Shown here piece by piece: positions 10,190-25,100 of a stretch of DNA of 64,000 bases (within the stretch, counting starts at the first letter, position 1; the number at the start of each line of letters is the position of its first letter). The DNA is from Eledone cirrhosa (taxonomy: Eukaryota): contig OZ024740.1 of the NCBI GenBank assembly GCA_964016885.1, positions 433,008,001-433,072,000 of the forward strand, in the 5' to 3' direction. The position numbers and the translations under genes were made by a program. A model generated the notes under the pieces. The model did not search any database. It was not told the DNA's origin and saw only the letters and a list, made by a program, of their open reading frames with translations.

Positions 10190-13100
10190 CAGGGTTTCAA
10201 CTGTGTTACTGTCTCATATATCTAGTTTGTAACATAAGAAGGAGGGTTTCAACAGTGTTACTGTCTCATATATCTAGTTTGTAACATATGAAGGAGTGTT
10301 TCAACTGTGTTACGGTCTCATATATCTAGTTTGTAACATAAGAAGGAGTGTTTCAACTGTGTTACTGTCCCATATATCTAGTTTGTAACATATGAAGGAG
10401 TGTTTCAACTGTGTTACGGTCTCATATATCTAGTTTGTAACATATGAAGGAGAGTTTCAACTGTGTTACTGTCCCATATATCTAGTTTGTAACATATTAA
10501 GCAGTGTTTCAACTGTGTTACTGTCTCATATATCTAGTTTGTAACATATGAAGGAGTGTTTCAACTGTGTTACTGTCTCATATATCTAGTATGTAACATA
10601 TGAAGGAGTGTTTCAACTGTGTTACTGTCCCATATATCTAGTTTGTAACGTATGAAGAAGTGTTTCAACTGTGTTACTGTCTCATATATCTAGTTTGTAA
10701 CATAAGAAGGAGTGTTTCAACTGTGTTACTGTCTCATATATCTAGTTTGTAACATAAGAAGGAGTGTTTCAACTGTGTTACTGTCTCATATATCTAGTTT
10801 GTAACATATGAAGAAGTGTTTCACCTGTGTTACTGTCTCATATATCTAGTTTGTAACATAAGAAGGAGTGTTTCAACTGTGTTACTGTCTCATATATCTA
10901 GTATGTAACATATGAAGGAGTGTTTCAACTGTGTTACTGTCACATATATCTAGTTTGTAACGTATGAAGAAGTGTTTCAACTGTGTTACTGTCTCATATA
11001 TCTAGTTTGTAACATAAGAAGGAGTGTTTCAACTGTGTTACTGTCTCATATATCTAGTTTGTAACATATGAAGGAGTGTTTCAACTGTGTTACTGTCCCA
11101 TATATCTAGTTTGTAACGTATGAAGAAGTGTTTCAACTGTGTTACTGTCTCATATATCTAGTTTGTAACATATGAAGGAGTGTTTCAACTGTGTTACTGT
11201 CTCATATATCTAGTTTGTAACATAAGAAGGAGTGTTTCAACTGTGTTACTGTCTCAGATATCTAGTTTGTAACATATGAAGGAGTGTTTCAACTGTGTTA
11301 CTGTCTCATATATCTAGTTTGTAACGTATGAAGCAGTGTTTCAACTGTGTTACTCTCTCATATATCTAGTTTGTAAAATATGAAGGAGTGTTTCAAGTGT
11401 GTTACTGTCTCATATATCTAGTTTGTATCATATGAAGCAGTGTTTCAACTGTGTTACTGTCTCATATATCTAGTTTGTAACATATGAAGGAGTGTTTCAA
11501 GTGTGTTACTGTCTCATATATCTAGTTTGTATCATATGAAGCAGTGTTTCAACTGTGTTACTGTCTCATATATCTAGTTTGTAACATATGAAGGAGTGTT
11601 TCAAGTGTGTTACTGTCTCATATATCCAGTCTGTAACATATGAAGCAGTGTTTCAACTGTGTTACTGTCTCATATATCTAGTTTGTAACATAAGAAGAAG
11701 TGTTTTAACTGTGTTACTGTCTCATATATTTGGTTTGTAACATATGAAGCAGTGTTTCAACTGTGTTACTGTATCATATGTCTAGTATGTAACATATGAA
11801 GGAGTGTTTCAACTGTGTTACTGTATCATATATCTAGTTTCTATCATATGAAGCAGTGTTTCAACTGTGTTACTGTCTCATATATCTAGTTTGTAACATA
11901 TGAAGCAGTGTTTCAACTGTGTTACTGTCTCATATATCTAGTTTGTAACATATGAAGCAGTGTTTCAACTGTGTAACCGTCTCATATATCTAGTTTGTAA
12001 CATATGAATAAGTGTTTTAACTGTGTTACTGTCTCATATATCTAGTTTGTAACATACGAAGCAGTGTTTCAACTGTGTTACTGTATCATATGTCTAGTAT
12101 GTAACATATGAAGGAGTGTTTCAACTGTGTTACTGTATCATATATCTAGTATGTAACATATGAAGGAGTGTTTCAACTGTGTTACTGTATCATATGTCTA
12201 GTATGTAACATATGAAGGAGTGTTTCAACTGTGTTACTGTATCATATATCTAGTTTGTAACATATGAAGGAGTCTTTCAACTGTGTTACTGTATCATATA
12301 TCTAGTTTATATCATATGAAGGAGTGTTTCAACTGTGTTACTGTCTCATATATCTAGTTTGTAACATATGAAGCAGTGTTTCAACTGTGTTACTGTATCA
12401 TATGTCTAGTATGTAACATATGAAGGAGTGTTTCAACTGTGTTACTGTATCATATATCTAGTTTGTAACATATGAAGGAGTGTTTTAACTGTGTTACTGT
12501 CTCATATATCTAGTTTGTAACATATGAAGGAGTGTTTCAACTGTGTTACTGTATCATATATCTAGTTTGTAACATATGAAGGAATGTTTCAACTGTGTTA
12601 CTGTCTCATATATCTAGTTTGTAACATATGAAGCAGTGTTTCAACTGTGTTACTGTCTCATATATCTAGTTTGTAACATATGAAGGAGTGTTTCAACTGT
12701 GTTACTGTCTCATATATCTAGTTTGTAACATATGAAGGAGTGTTTCAACTGTGTTACTGTCTCATATATCTAGTTTGTAACATATGAAGCAGTGTTTCAA
12801 CTGCGTTACTGTCTCATATATCTAGTTTGTAACATATGAAGCAGTGTTTCAACTGTGTTACAGTCTCATATATCTAGTTTGTAACATATGAAGCAGTGTT
12901 TCAACTGTGCTATTGTCTCATATATCTAGTTTGTAACATATGAAGGAGTGTTTCAACTGTGTTACTGTATCATATATCTAGTTTGTAACGTATGGAGGAG
13001 TGTTTCAACTGTGTTACTGTCTCATATATCTAGTTTGTAACGTATGGAGGAGTGTTTCAACTGTGTTACCGTCTCATATATGAAGGAGTGTTTCAACTGT

Positions 13101-16100
13101 GTTACTGTCTCATATATCTAGTTTGTAACATATGAAGCAGTGTTTCAAGTGTTTTACTGTCTCATATATCTAGTTTGTAACATATGAAGGAGTGTTTCAA
13201 CTGTGTTACTGTCTCATATATCTAGTTTGTAACATATGAAGGAGTGTTTCAACTGTGTTACTGTATCATATATCTAGTTTGTAACATATTAAGCAGTGTT
13301 TCAACTGTGTTACTGTCTTATATATCTAGTTTGTAACATATGAAGGAGTGTTTCAACTGTGTTACTGTCTCATATATCTAGTTTGTAACATATGAAGGAG
13401 TGTTTCAACTGTGTTACTGTATCATATATCTAGTTTGTAATATATTAAGCAGTGTTTCAACTGTGTTACTGTCTCATATATCTAGTTTGTAACGTATGGA
13501 GGAGTGTTTCAACTGTGTTACTGTCTCATATATCTAGTTTGTAACATATGAAGCAGTGTTTCAACTGTGTTACTGTCTCATATATCTAGTTTGTAACATA
13601 TGAAGGAGTGTTTCAACTGTGTTACTGTCTCATATATCTAGTTTGTATCATATGAAGCAGTGTTTCAACTGTGTTACTGTCTCATATATCTAGTTTGTAA
13701 CATATGAAGCAGTGTTTCAACTGTGTTACTGTCTCATATATCTAGTTTGTAACTTATGAAGGAGTTTTTCAACTGTGTTACTGTCTCATATATCTAGTTT
13801 GTAACATATGAAGGAGTGTTTCAACTGTGTTACTGTATCATATATCTAGTTTGTATCATATGAAGCAGTGTTTCAACTGTGTTACTGTCTCATATATCTA
13901 GTTTGTAACATATGAAGGAGTGTTTCAAGTGTGTTACTGTCTCATATATCTAGTTTGTATCATATGAAGCAGTGTTTCAACTGTGTTACTGTCTCATATA
14001 TCTAGTTTGTAACATATGAAGCAGTGTTTCAACTGTGTTACTGTCTCATATATCTAGTTTGTAACATATGAAGCAGTGTTTCAACTGTGTTACTGTCTCA
14101 TATATCTAGTTTGTAACATATGTAGAATTGTTTTAACTGTGTTACTGTCTCATATATCTAGTTTGTAACATATGAAGCAGTGTTTCAACTGTGTTACTGT
14201 ATCATATGTCTAGTATGTAACATATGAAGGAGTGTTTCAACTGTGTTACTGTATAATATATCTAGTTTGTATCATATGAAGCAGTGTTTCAACTGTGTTA
14301 CTGTCTCATATATCTAGTTTGTAACATATGAAGGAGTGTTTCAACTGTGTTACTGTATCATATATCTAGTTTGTAACATATTAAGCAGTGTTTCAACTGT
14401 GTTACTGTCTCATATATCTAGTTTGTAACATATGAAGGAGTGTTTCAACTGTGTTACTGTCTCATATATCTAGTTTGTAACATATGAAGGAGTGTTTCAA
14501 CTGTGTTACTGTATCATATATCTAGTTTGTAACATATTAAGCAGTCTTTCAACTGTGTTACTGTCTCATATATCTAGTTTGTAACGTATGGAGGAGTGTT
14601 TCAACTGTGTTACTGTCTCATATATCTAGTTTGTAACATATGAAGGAGTGTTTCAAGTGTGTTACTGTCTCATATATCTAGTTTGTATCATATGAAGCAG
14701 TGTTTCAACTGTGTTACTGTCTCATATATCTAGTTTGTAACATATGAAGCAGTGTTTCAACTGTGTTACTGTCTCATATATCTAGTTTGTAACATATGAA
14801 GCAGTGTTTCAACTGTGTTACTGTCTCATATATCTAGTTTGTAACATATGTAGAATTGTTTTAACTGTGTTACTGTCTCATATATCTAGTTTGTAACATA
14901 TGAAGCAGTGTTTCAACTGTGTTACTGTATCATATGTCTAGTATGTAACATATGAAGGAGTGTTTCAACTGTGTTACTGTATAATATATCTAGTTTGTAT
15001 CATATGAAGCAGTGTTTCAACTGTGTTACTGTCTCATATATCTAGTTTGTAACATATGAAGGAGTGTTTCAACTGTGTTACTGTATCATATATCTAGTTT
15101 GTAACATATTAAGCAGTGTTTCAACTGTGTTACTGTCTCATATATCTAGTTTGTAACATATGAAGGAGTGTTTCAACTGTGTTACTGTCTCATATATCTA
15201 GTTTGTAACATATGAAGGAGTGTTTCAACTGTGTTACTGTATCATATATCTAGTTTGTAACATATTAAGCAGTCTTTCAACTGTGTTACTGTCTCATATA
15301 TCTAGTTTGTAACGTATGGAGGAGTGTTTCAACTGTGTTACTGTCTCATATATCTAGTTTGTAACATATGAAGGAGTGTTTCAAGTGTGTTACTGTCTCA
15401 TATATCTAGTTTGTAACATATGAAGCAGTGTTTCAACTGTGTTACAGTCTCATATATCTAGTTTGTAACATATGAAGCAGTGTTTCAACTGTGCTATTGT
15501 CTCATATATCTAGTTTGTAACATATGAAGGAGTGTTTCAACTGTGTTACTGTATCATATATCTAGTTTGTAACGTATGGAGGAGTGTTTCAACTGTGTTA
15601 CTGTCTCATATATCTAGTTTGTAACATATGAAGGAGTGTTTTAACTGTGTTACTGTCTCATATATCTAGTTTGTAACATATGAAGGAGTGTTTCAACTGT
15701 GTTACTGTCTCATATATCTAGTTTGTAACATATGAAGGAGTGTTTCAACTGTGTTACTGTATCATATATCTAGTTTGTAACGTATGAAGGAGTGTTTCAA
15801 CTGTGTTACTGTATCATATATCTAGTTTGTAACGTATGGAGGAGTGTTTCAACTGTGTTACTGTCTCATATATCTAGTTTGTAACATATGAAGCAGTGTT
15901 TCAAGTGTTTTACTGTCTCATATATCTAGTTTGTAACATATGAAGGAGTGTTTCAACTGTGTTACTGTCTCATATATCTAGTTTGTAACATATGAAGGAG
16001 TGTTTCAACTGTGTTACTGTATCATATATCTAGTTTGTAACATATTAAGCAGTGTTTCAACTGTGTTACTGTCTTATATATCTAGTTTGTAACATATGAA

Positions 16101-19100
16101 GGAGTGTTTCAACTGTGTTACTGTCTCATATATCTAGTTTGTAACATATGAAGGAGTGTTTCAACTGTGTTACTGTCTCATATATCTAGTTTGTAACATA
16201 TGAAGCAGTGTTTCAACTGTGTTACTGTCTCATATATCTAGTTTGTAACATATGAAGCAGTGTTTCAACTGTGTTACTGTCTCATATATCTAGTTTGTAA
16301 CATATGAAGGAGTGTTTCAACTGTGTTACTGTCTCATATATCTAGTTTGTAACATATGAAGCAGTGTTTCAACTGTGTTACTGTCTCATATATCTAGTTT
16401 GTAACATATGAAGGAGTGTTTCAACTGTGTTACTGTCTCATATATCTAGTTTGTATCATATGAAGCAGTGTTTCAACTGTGTTACTGTCTCATATATCTA
16501 GTTTGTAACATATGAAGCAGTGTTTCAACTGTGTTACTGTCTCATATATCTAGTTTGTAACTTATGAAGGAGTTTTTCAACTGTGTTACTGTCTCATATA
16601 TCTAGTTTGTAACATATGAAGGAGTGTTTCAACTGTGTTACTGTATCATATATCTAGTTTGTATCATATGAAGCAGTGTTTCAACTGTGTTACTGTCTCA
16701 TATATCTAGTTTGTAACATATGAAGGAGTGTTTCAAGTGTGTTACTGTCTCATATATCTAGTTTGTATCATATGAAGCAGTGTTTCAACTGTGTTACTGT
16801 CTCATATATCTAGTTTGTAACATATGAAGCAGTGTTTCAACTGTGTTACTGTCTCATATATCTAGTTTGTAACATATGAAGCAGTGTTTCAACTGTGTTA
16901 CTGTCTCATATATCTAGTTTGTAACATATGTAGAATTGTTTTAACTGTGTTACTGTCTCATATATCTAGTTTGTAACATAGGAAGCAGTGTTTCAACTGT
17001 GTTACTGTATCATATGTCTAGTATGTAACATATGAAGGAGTGTTTCAACTGTGTTACTGTATAATATATCTAGTTTGTATCATATGAAGCAGTGTTTCAA
17101 CTGTGTTACTGTCTCATATATCTAGTTTGTAACATATGAAGGAGTGTTTCAACTGTGTTACTGTATCATATATCTAGTTTGTAACATATTAAGCAGTGTT
17201 TCAACTGTGTTACTGTCTCATATATCTAGTTTGTAACATATGAAGGAGTGTTTCAACTGTGTTACTGTCTCATATATCTAGTTTGTAACATATGAAGGAG
17301 TGTTTCAACTGTGTTACTGTATCATATATCTAGTTTGTAACATATTAAGCAGTCTTTCAACTGTGTTACTGTCTCATATATCTAGTTTGTAACGTATGGA
17401 GGAGTGTTTCAACTGTGTTACTGTCTCATATATCTAGTTTGTAACATATGAAGGAGTGTTTCAAGTGTGTTACTGTCTCATATATCTAGTTTGTATCATA
17501 TGAAGCAGTGTTTCAACTGTGTTACTGTCTCATATATCTAGTTTGTAACATATGAAGCAGTGTTTCAACTGTGTTACTGTCTCATATATCTAGTTTGTAA
17601 CATATGAAGCAGTGTTTCAACTGTGTTACTGTCTCATATATCTAGTTTGTAACATATGTAGAAGTGTTTTAACTGTGTTACTGTCTCATATATCTAGTTT
17701 GTAACATATGAAGCAGTGTTTCAACTGTGTTACTGTATCATATGTCTAGTATGTAACATATGAAGGAGTTTTTCAACTGTGTTACTGTATAATATATCTA
17801 GTTTGTAACGTATGGAGGAGTGTTTCAACTGTGTTACTGTCTCATATATCTAGTTTGTAACATATGAAGCAGTGTTTCAACTGTGTTACTGTCTCATATA
17901 TCTAGTTTGTAACATATGAAGGAGTGTTTCAACTGTGTTACTGTCTCATATATCTAGTTTGTAACTTATGAAGGAGTGTTTCAACTGTGTTACTGTCTCA
18001 TATATCTAGTTTGTAACATATGTAGAATTGTTTTAACTGTGTTACTTTCTCATATATCTAGTTTGTAACATATGAAGCAGTGTTTCAACTGTGTTACTGT
18101 ATCATATGTCTAGTATGTAACATATGAAGGAGTGTTTCAACTGTGTTACTGTATAATATATCTAGTTTGTATCATATGAAGCAGTGTTTCAACTGTGTTA
18201 CTGTCTCATATATCTAGTTTGTAACATATCAAGCAGTGTTTCAACTGTGTTACTGTCTCATATATCTAGTTTGTAACATATGAAGCAGTGTTTCAACTGT
18301 GTTACAGTCTCATATATCTAGTTTGTAACATATGAAGCAGTGTTTCAACTGTGCTATTGTCTCATATATCTAGTTTGTAACATATGAAGGAGTGTTTCAA
18401 CTGTGTTACTGTATCATATATCTAGTTTGTAATGTATGGAGGAGTGTTTCAACTGTGTTACAGTCTCATATATCTAGTTTGTAACATATGAAGCAGTGTT
18501 TCAACTGTGCTATTGTCTCATATATCTAGTTTGTAACATATGAAGGAGTGTTTCAACTGTGTTACTGTATCATATATCTAGTTTGTAACGTATGGAGGAG
18601 TGTTTCAACTGTGTTACCGTCTCATATATGAAGGAGTGTTTCAACTGTGTTACTGTCTCATATATCTAGTTTGTAACATATGAAGCAGTGTTTCAAGTGT
18701 TTTACTGTCTCATATATCTAGTTTGTAACATATGAAGGAGTGTTTCAACTGTGTTACTGTCTCATATATCTAGTTTGTAACATATGAAGGAGTGTTTCAA
18801 CTGTGTTACTGTCTCATATATCTAGTTTGTAACATATGAAGCAGTGTTTCAAGTGTTTTACTGTCTCATATATCTAGTTTGTAACATATGAAGGAGTGTT
18901 TCAACTGTGTTACTGTCTCATATATCTAGTTTGTAACATATGAAGGAGTGTTTCAACTGTGTTACTGTATCATATATCTAGTTTGTAACATATTAAGCAG
19001 TGTTTCAACTGTGTTACTGTCTTATATATCTAGTTTGTAACATATGAAGGAGTGTTTCAACTGTGTTACTGTCTCATATATCTAGTTTGTAACATATGAA

Positions 19101-22100
19101 GGAGTGTTTCAACTGTGTTACTGTATCATATATCTAGTTTGTAATATATTAAGCAGTGTTTCAACTGTGTTACTGTCTCATATATCTAGTTTGTAACGTA
19201 TGGAGGAGTGTTTCAACTGTGTTACTGTCTCATATATCTAGTTTGTAACATATGAAGCAGTGTTTCAACTGTGTTACTGTCTCATATATCTAGTTTGTAA
19301 CATATGAAGGAGTGTTTCAACTGTGTTACTGTCTCATATATCTAGTTTGTATCATATGAAACAGTGTTTCAACTGTGTTACTGTCTCATATATCTAGTTT
19401 GTAACATATGAAGCAGTGTTTCAACTGTGTTACTGTCTCATATATCTAGTTTGTAACTTATGAAGGAGTTTTTCAACTGTGTTACTGTCTCATATATCTA
19501 GTTTGTAACATATGAAGGAGTGTTTCAACTGTGTTACTGTATCATATATCTAGTTTGTATCATATGAAGCAGTGTTTCAACTGTGTTACTGTCTCATATA
19601 TCTAGTTTGTAACATATGAAGGAGTGTTTCAAGTGTGTTACTGTCTCATATATCTAGTTTGTATCATATGAAGCAGTGTTTCAACTGTGTTACTGTCTCA
19701 TATATCTAGTTTGTAACATATGAAGCAGTGTTTCAACTGTGTTACTGTCTCATATATCTAGTTTGTAACATATGAAGCAGTGTTTCAACTGTGTTACTGT
19801 CTCATATATCTAGTTTGTAACATATGTAGAATTGTTTTAACTGTGTTACTGTCTCATATATCTAGTTTGTAACATATGAAGCAGTGTTTCAACTGTGTTA
19901 CTGTATCATATGTCTAGTATGTAACATATGAAGGAGTGTTTCAACTGTGTTACTGTATAATATATCTAGTTTGTATCATATGAAGCAGTGTTTCAACTGT
20001 GTTACTGTCTCATATATCTAGTTTGTAACATATGAAGGAGTGTTTCAACTGTGTTACTGTCTCATATATCTAGTTTGTAACATATGAAGGAGTGTTTCAA
20101 GTGTGTTACTGTCTCATATATCTAGTTTGTATCATATGAAGCAGTGTTTCAACTGTGTTACTGTCTCATATATCTAGTTTGTAACATATGAAGCAGTGTT
20201 TCAACTGTGTTACTGTCTCATATATGTAGTTTGTAACATATGAAGCAGTGTTTCAACTGTGTTACTGTCTCATATATCTAGTTTGTAACATATGTAGAAG
20301 TGTTTTAACTGTGTTACTGTCTCATATATCTAGTTTGTAACATATGAAGCAGTGTTTCAACTGTGTTACTGTATCATATGTCTAGTATGTAACATATGAA
20401 GGAGTTTTTCAACTGTGTTACTGTATAATATATCTAGTTTGTATCATATGAAGCAGTGTTTCAACTGTGTTACTGTCTCATATATCTAGTTTGTAACATA
20501 TGAAGGAGTGTTTCAACTGTGTTACTGTCTCATATATCTAGTTTGTAACATATGAAGGAGTGTTTCAACTGTGTTACTGTCTCATATATCTAGTTTGTAA
20601 CATATGAAGGAGTGTTTCAACTGTGTTACTGTCTCATATATCTAGTTTGTAACATATGAAGGAGTGTTTCAACTGTGTTACTGTCTCATATATCTAGTTT
20701 GTAACATATGAAGGAGTGTTTCAACTGTGTTACTGTCTCATATATCTAGTTGTAACATATGAAGGAGTGTTTCAAGTGTGTTACTGTCTCATATATCTAG
20801 TTTGTATCAGATGAAGCAGTGTTTCAACTGTGTTACTGTCTCATATATCTAGTTTGTAACATATGAAGCAGTGTTTCAACTGTGTTACTGTCTCATATAT
20901 CTAGTTTGTAACATATGAAGCAGTGTTTCAACTGTGTTACTGTCTCATATATCTAGTTTGTAACATATGAAGGAGGGTTTCAACTGTGTTACTGTCTCAT
21001 ATATCTAGTTTGTAACATATGAAGGAGTGTTTCAACTGTGTTACTGTCTCATATATCTAGTTTGTAACATATGAAGGAGTGTTTCAACTGTGTTACTGTC
21101 TCATATATCTAGTTTGTAACATATGAAGGAGTGTTTCAACTGTGTTACTGAATCATATATCTAGTTTGTAACATATTAAGCAGTGTTTCAACTGCGTTAC
21201 TGTCTCATATATCTAGTTTGTAACGTATGGAGGAGTGTTTCAACTGTGTTACTGTCTCATATATGAAGGAGTGTTTCAACTGTGTTACTGTCTCATATAT
21301 CTAGTTTGTAACATATGAAGCAGTGTTTCAACTGTGTTACTGTCTCATATATCTAGTTTGTAACATATGAAGGAGGGTTTCAACTGTGTTACTGTCTCAT
21401 ATATCTAGTTTGTAACATATGAAGGAGTGTTTCAACTGTGTTACTGTCTCATATATCTAGTTTGTAACATATGAAGGAGTGTTTCAACTGTGTTACTGTC
21501 TCATATATCTAGTTTGTAACATATGAAGGAGTGTTTCAACTGTGTTACTGTATCATATATCTAGTTTGTAACATATTAAGCAGTCTTTCAACTGTGTTAC
21601 TGTCTCATATATCTAGTTTGTAACGTATGGAGGAGTGTTTCAACTGTGTTACTGTCTCATATATCTAGTTTGTAACATATGAAGGAGTGTTTCAAGTGTG
21701 TTACTGTCTCATATATCTAGTTTGTATCATATGAAGCAGTGTTTCAACTGTGTTACTGTCTCATATATCTAGTTTGTAACATATGAAGCAGTGTTTCAAC
21801 TGTGTTACTGTCTCATATATCTAGTTTGTAACATATGAAGCAGTGTTTCAACTGTGTTACTGTCTCATATATCTAGTTTGTAACATATGTAGAATTGTTT
21901 TAACTGTGTTACTGTCTCATATATCTAGTTTGTAACATATGAAGCAGTGTTTCAACTGTGTTACTGTATCATATGTCTAGTATGTAACATATGAAGGAGT
22001 GTTTCAACTGTGTTACTGTATAATATATCTAGTTTGTATCATATGAAGCAGTGTTTCAACTGTGTTACTGTCTCATATATCTAGTTTGTAACATATGAAG

Positions 22101-25100
22101 GAGTGTTTCAACTGTGTTACTGTATCATATATCTAGTTTGTAACATATTAAGCAGTGTTTCAACTGTGTTACTGTCTCATATATCTAGTTTGTAACATAT
22201 GAAGGAGTGTTTCAACTGTGTTACTGTCTCATATATCTAGTTTGTAACATATGAAGGAGTGTTTCAACTGTGTTACTGTATCATATATCTAGTTTGTAAC
22301 ATATTAAGCAGTCTTTCAACTGTGTTACTGTCTCATATATCTAGTTTGTAACGTATGGAGGAGTGTTTCAACTGTGTTACTGTCTCATATATCTAGTTTG
22401 TAACATATGAAGGAGTGTTTCAAGTGTGTTACTGTCTCATATATCTAGTTTGTAACATATGAAGCAGTGTTTCAACTGTGTTACAGTCTCATATATCTAG
22501 TTTGTAACATATGAAGCAGTGTTTCAACTGTGCTATTGTCTCATATATCTAGTTTGTAACATATGAAGGAGTGTTTCAACTGTGTTACTGTATCATATAT
22601 CTAGTTTGTAACGTATGGAGGAGTGTTTCAACTGTGTTACTGTCTCATATATCTAGTTTGTAACATATGAAGGAGTGTTTTAACTGTGTTACTGTCTCAT
22701 ATATCTAGTTTGTAACATATGAAGGAGTGTTTCAACTGTGTTACTGTCTCATATATCTAGTTTGTAACATATGAAGGAGTGTTTCAACTGTGTTACTGTA
22801 TCATATATCTAGTTTGTAACGTATGAAGGAGTGTTTCAACTGTGTTACTGTATCATATATCTAGTTTGTAACGTATGGAGGAGTGTTTCAACTGTGTTAC
22901 TGTCTCATATATCTAGTTTGTAACATATGAAGCAGTGTTTCAAGTGTTTTACTGTCTCATATATCTAGTTTGTAACATATGAAGGAGTGTTTCAACTGTG
23001 TTACTGTCTCATATATCTAGTTTGTAACATATGAAGGAGTGTTTCAACTGTGTTACTGTATCATATATCTAGTTTGTAACATATTAAGCAGTGTTTCAAC
23101 TGTGTTACTGTCTTATATATCTAGTTTGTAACATATGAAGGAGTGTTTCAACTGTGTTACTGTCTCATATATCTAGTTTGTAACATATGAAGGAGTGTTT
23201 CAACTGTGTTACTGTCTCATATATCTAGTTTGTAACATATGAAGCAGTGTTTCAACTGTGTTACTGTCTCATATATCTAGTTTGTAACATATGAAGCAGT
23301 GTTTCAACTGTGTTACTGTCTCATATATCTAGTTTGTAACATATGAAGGAGTGTTTCAACTGTGTTACTGTCTCATATATCTAGTTTGTAACATATGAAG
23401 CAGTGTTTCAACTGTGTTACTGTCTCATATATCTAGTTTGTAACATATGAAGGAGTGTTTCAACTGTGTTACTGTCTCATATATCTAGTTTGTATCATAT
23501 GAAGCAGTGTTTCAACTGTGTTACTGTCTCATATATCTAGTTTGTAACATATGAAGCAGTGTTTCAACTGTGTTACTGTCTCATATATCTAGTTTGTAAC
23601 TTATGAAGGAGTTTTTCAACTGTGTTACTGTCTCATATATCTAGTTTGTAACATATGAAGGAGTGTTTCAACTGTGTTACTGTATCATATATCTAGTTTG
23701 TATCATATGAAGCAGTGTTTCAACTGTGTTACTGTCTCATATATCTAGTTTGTAACATATGAAGGAGTGTTTCAAGTGTGTTACTGTCTCATATATCTAG
23801 TTTGTATCATATGAAGCAGTGTTTCAACTGTGTTACTGTCTCATATATCTAGTTTGTAACATATGAAGCAGTGTTTCAACTGTGTTACTGTCTCATATAT
23901 CTAGTTTGTAACATATGAAGCAGTGTTTCAACTGTGTTACTGTCTCATATATCTAGTTTGTAACATATGTAGAATTGTTTTAACTGTGTTACTGTCTCAT
24001 ATATCTAGTTTGTAACATAGGAAGCAGTGTTTCAACTGTGTTACTGTATCATATGTCTAGTATGTAACATATGAAGGAGTGTTTCAACTGTGTTACTGTA
24101 TAATATATCTAGTTTGTATCATATGAAGCAGTGTTTCAACTGTGTTACTGTCTCATATATCTAGTTTGTAACATATGAAGGAGTGTTTCAACTGTGTTAC
24201 TGTATCATATATCTAGTTTGTAACATATTAAGCAGTGTTTCAACTGTGTTACTGTCTCATATATCTAGTTTGTAACATATGAAGGAGTGTTTCAACTGTG
24301 TTACTGTCTCATATATCTAGTTTGTAACATATGAAGGAGTGTTTCAACTGTGTTACTGTATCATATATCTAGTTTGTAACATATTAAGCAGTCTTTCAAC
24401 TGTGTTACTGTCTCATATATCTAGTTTGTAACGTATGGAGGAGTGTTTCAACTGTGTTACTGTCTCATATATCTAGTTTGTAACATATGAAGGAGTGTTT
24501 CAAGTGTGTTACTGTCTCATATATCTAGTTTGTATCATATGAAGCAGTGTTTCAACTGTGTTACTGTCTCATATATCTAGTTTGTAACATATGAAGCAGT
24601 GTTTCAACTGTGTTACTGTCTCATATATCTAGTTTGTAACATATGAAGCAGTGTTTCAACTGTGTTACTGTCTCATATATCTAGTTTGTAACATATGTAG
24701 AAGTGTTTTAACTGTGTTACTGTCTCATATATCTAGTTTGTAACATATGAAGCAGTGTTTCAACTGTGTTACTGTATCATATGTCTAGTATGTAACATAT
24801 GAAGGAGTTTTTCAACTGTGTTACTGTATAATATATCTAGTTTGTAACGTATGGAGGAGTGTTTCAACTGTGTTACTGTCTCATATATCTAGTTTGTAAC
24901 ATATGAAGCAGTGTTTCAACTGTGTTACTGTCTCATATATCTAGTTTGTAACATATGAAGGAGTGTTTCAACTGTGTTACTGTCTCATATATCTAGTTTG
25001 TAACTTATGAAGGAGTGTTTCAACTGTGTTACTGTCTCATATATCTAGTTTGTAACATATGTAGAATTGTTTTAACTGTGTTACTTTCTCATATATCTAG

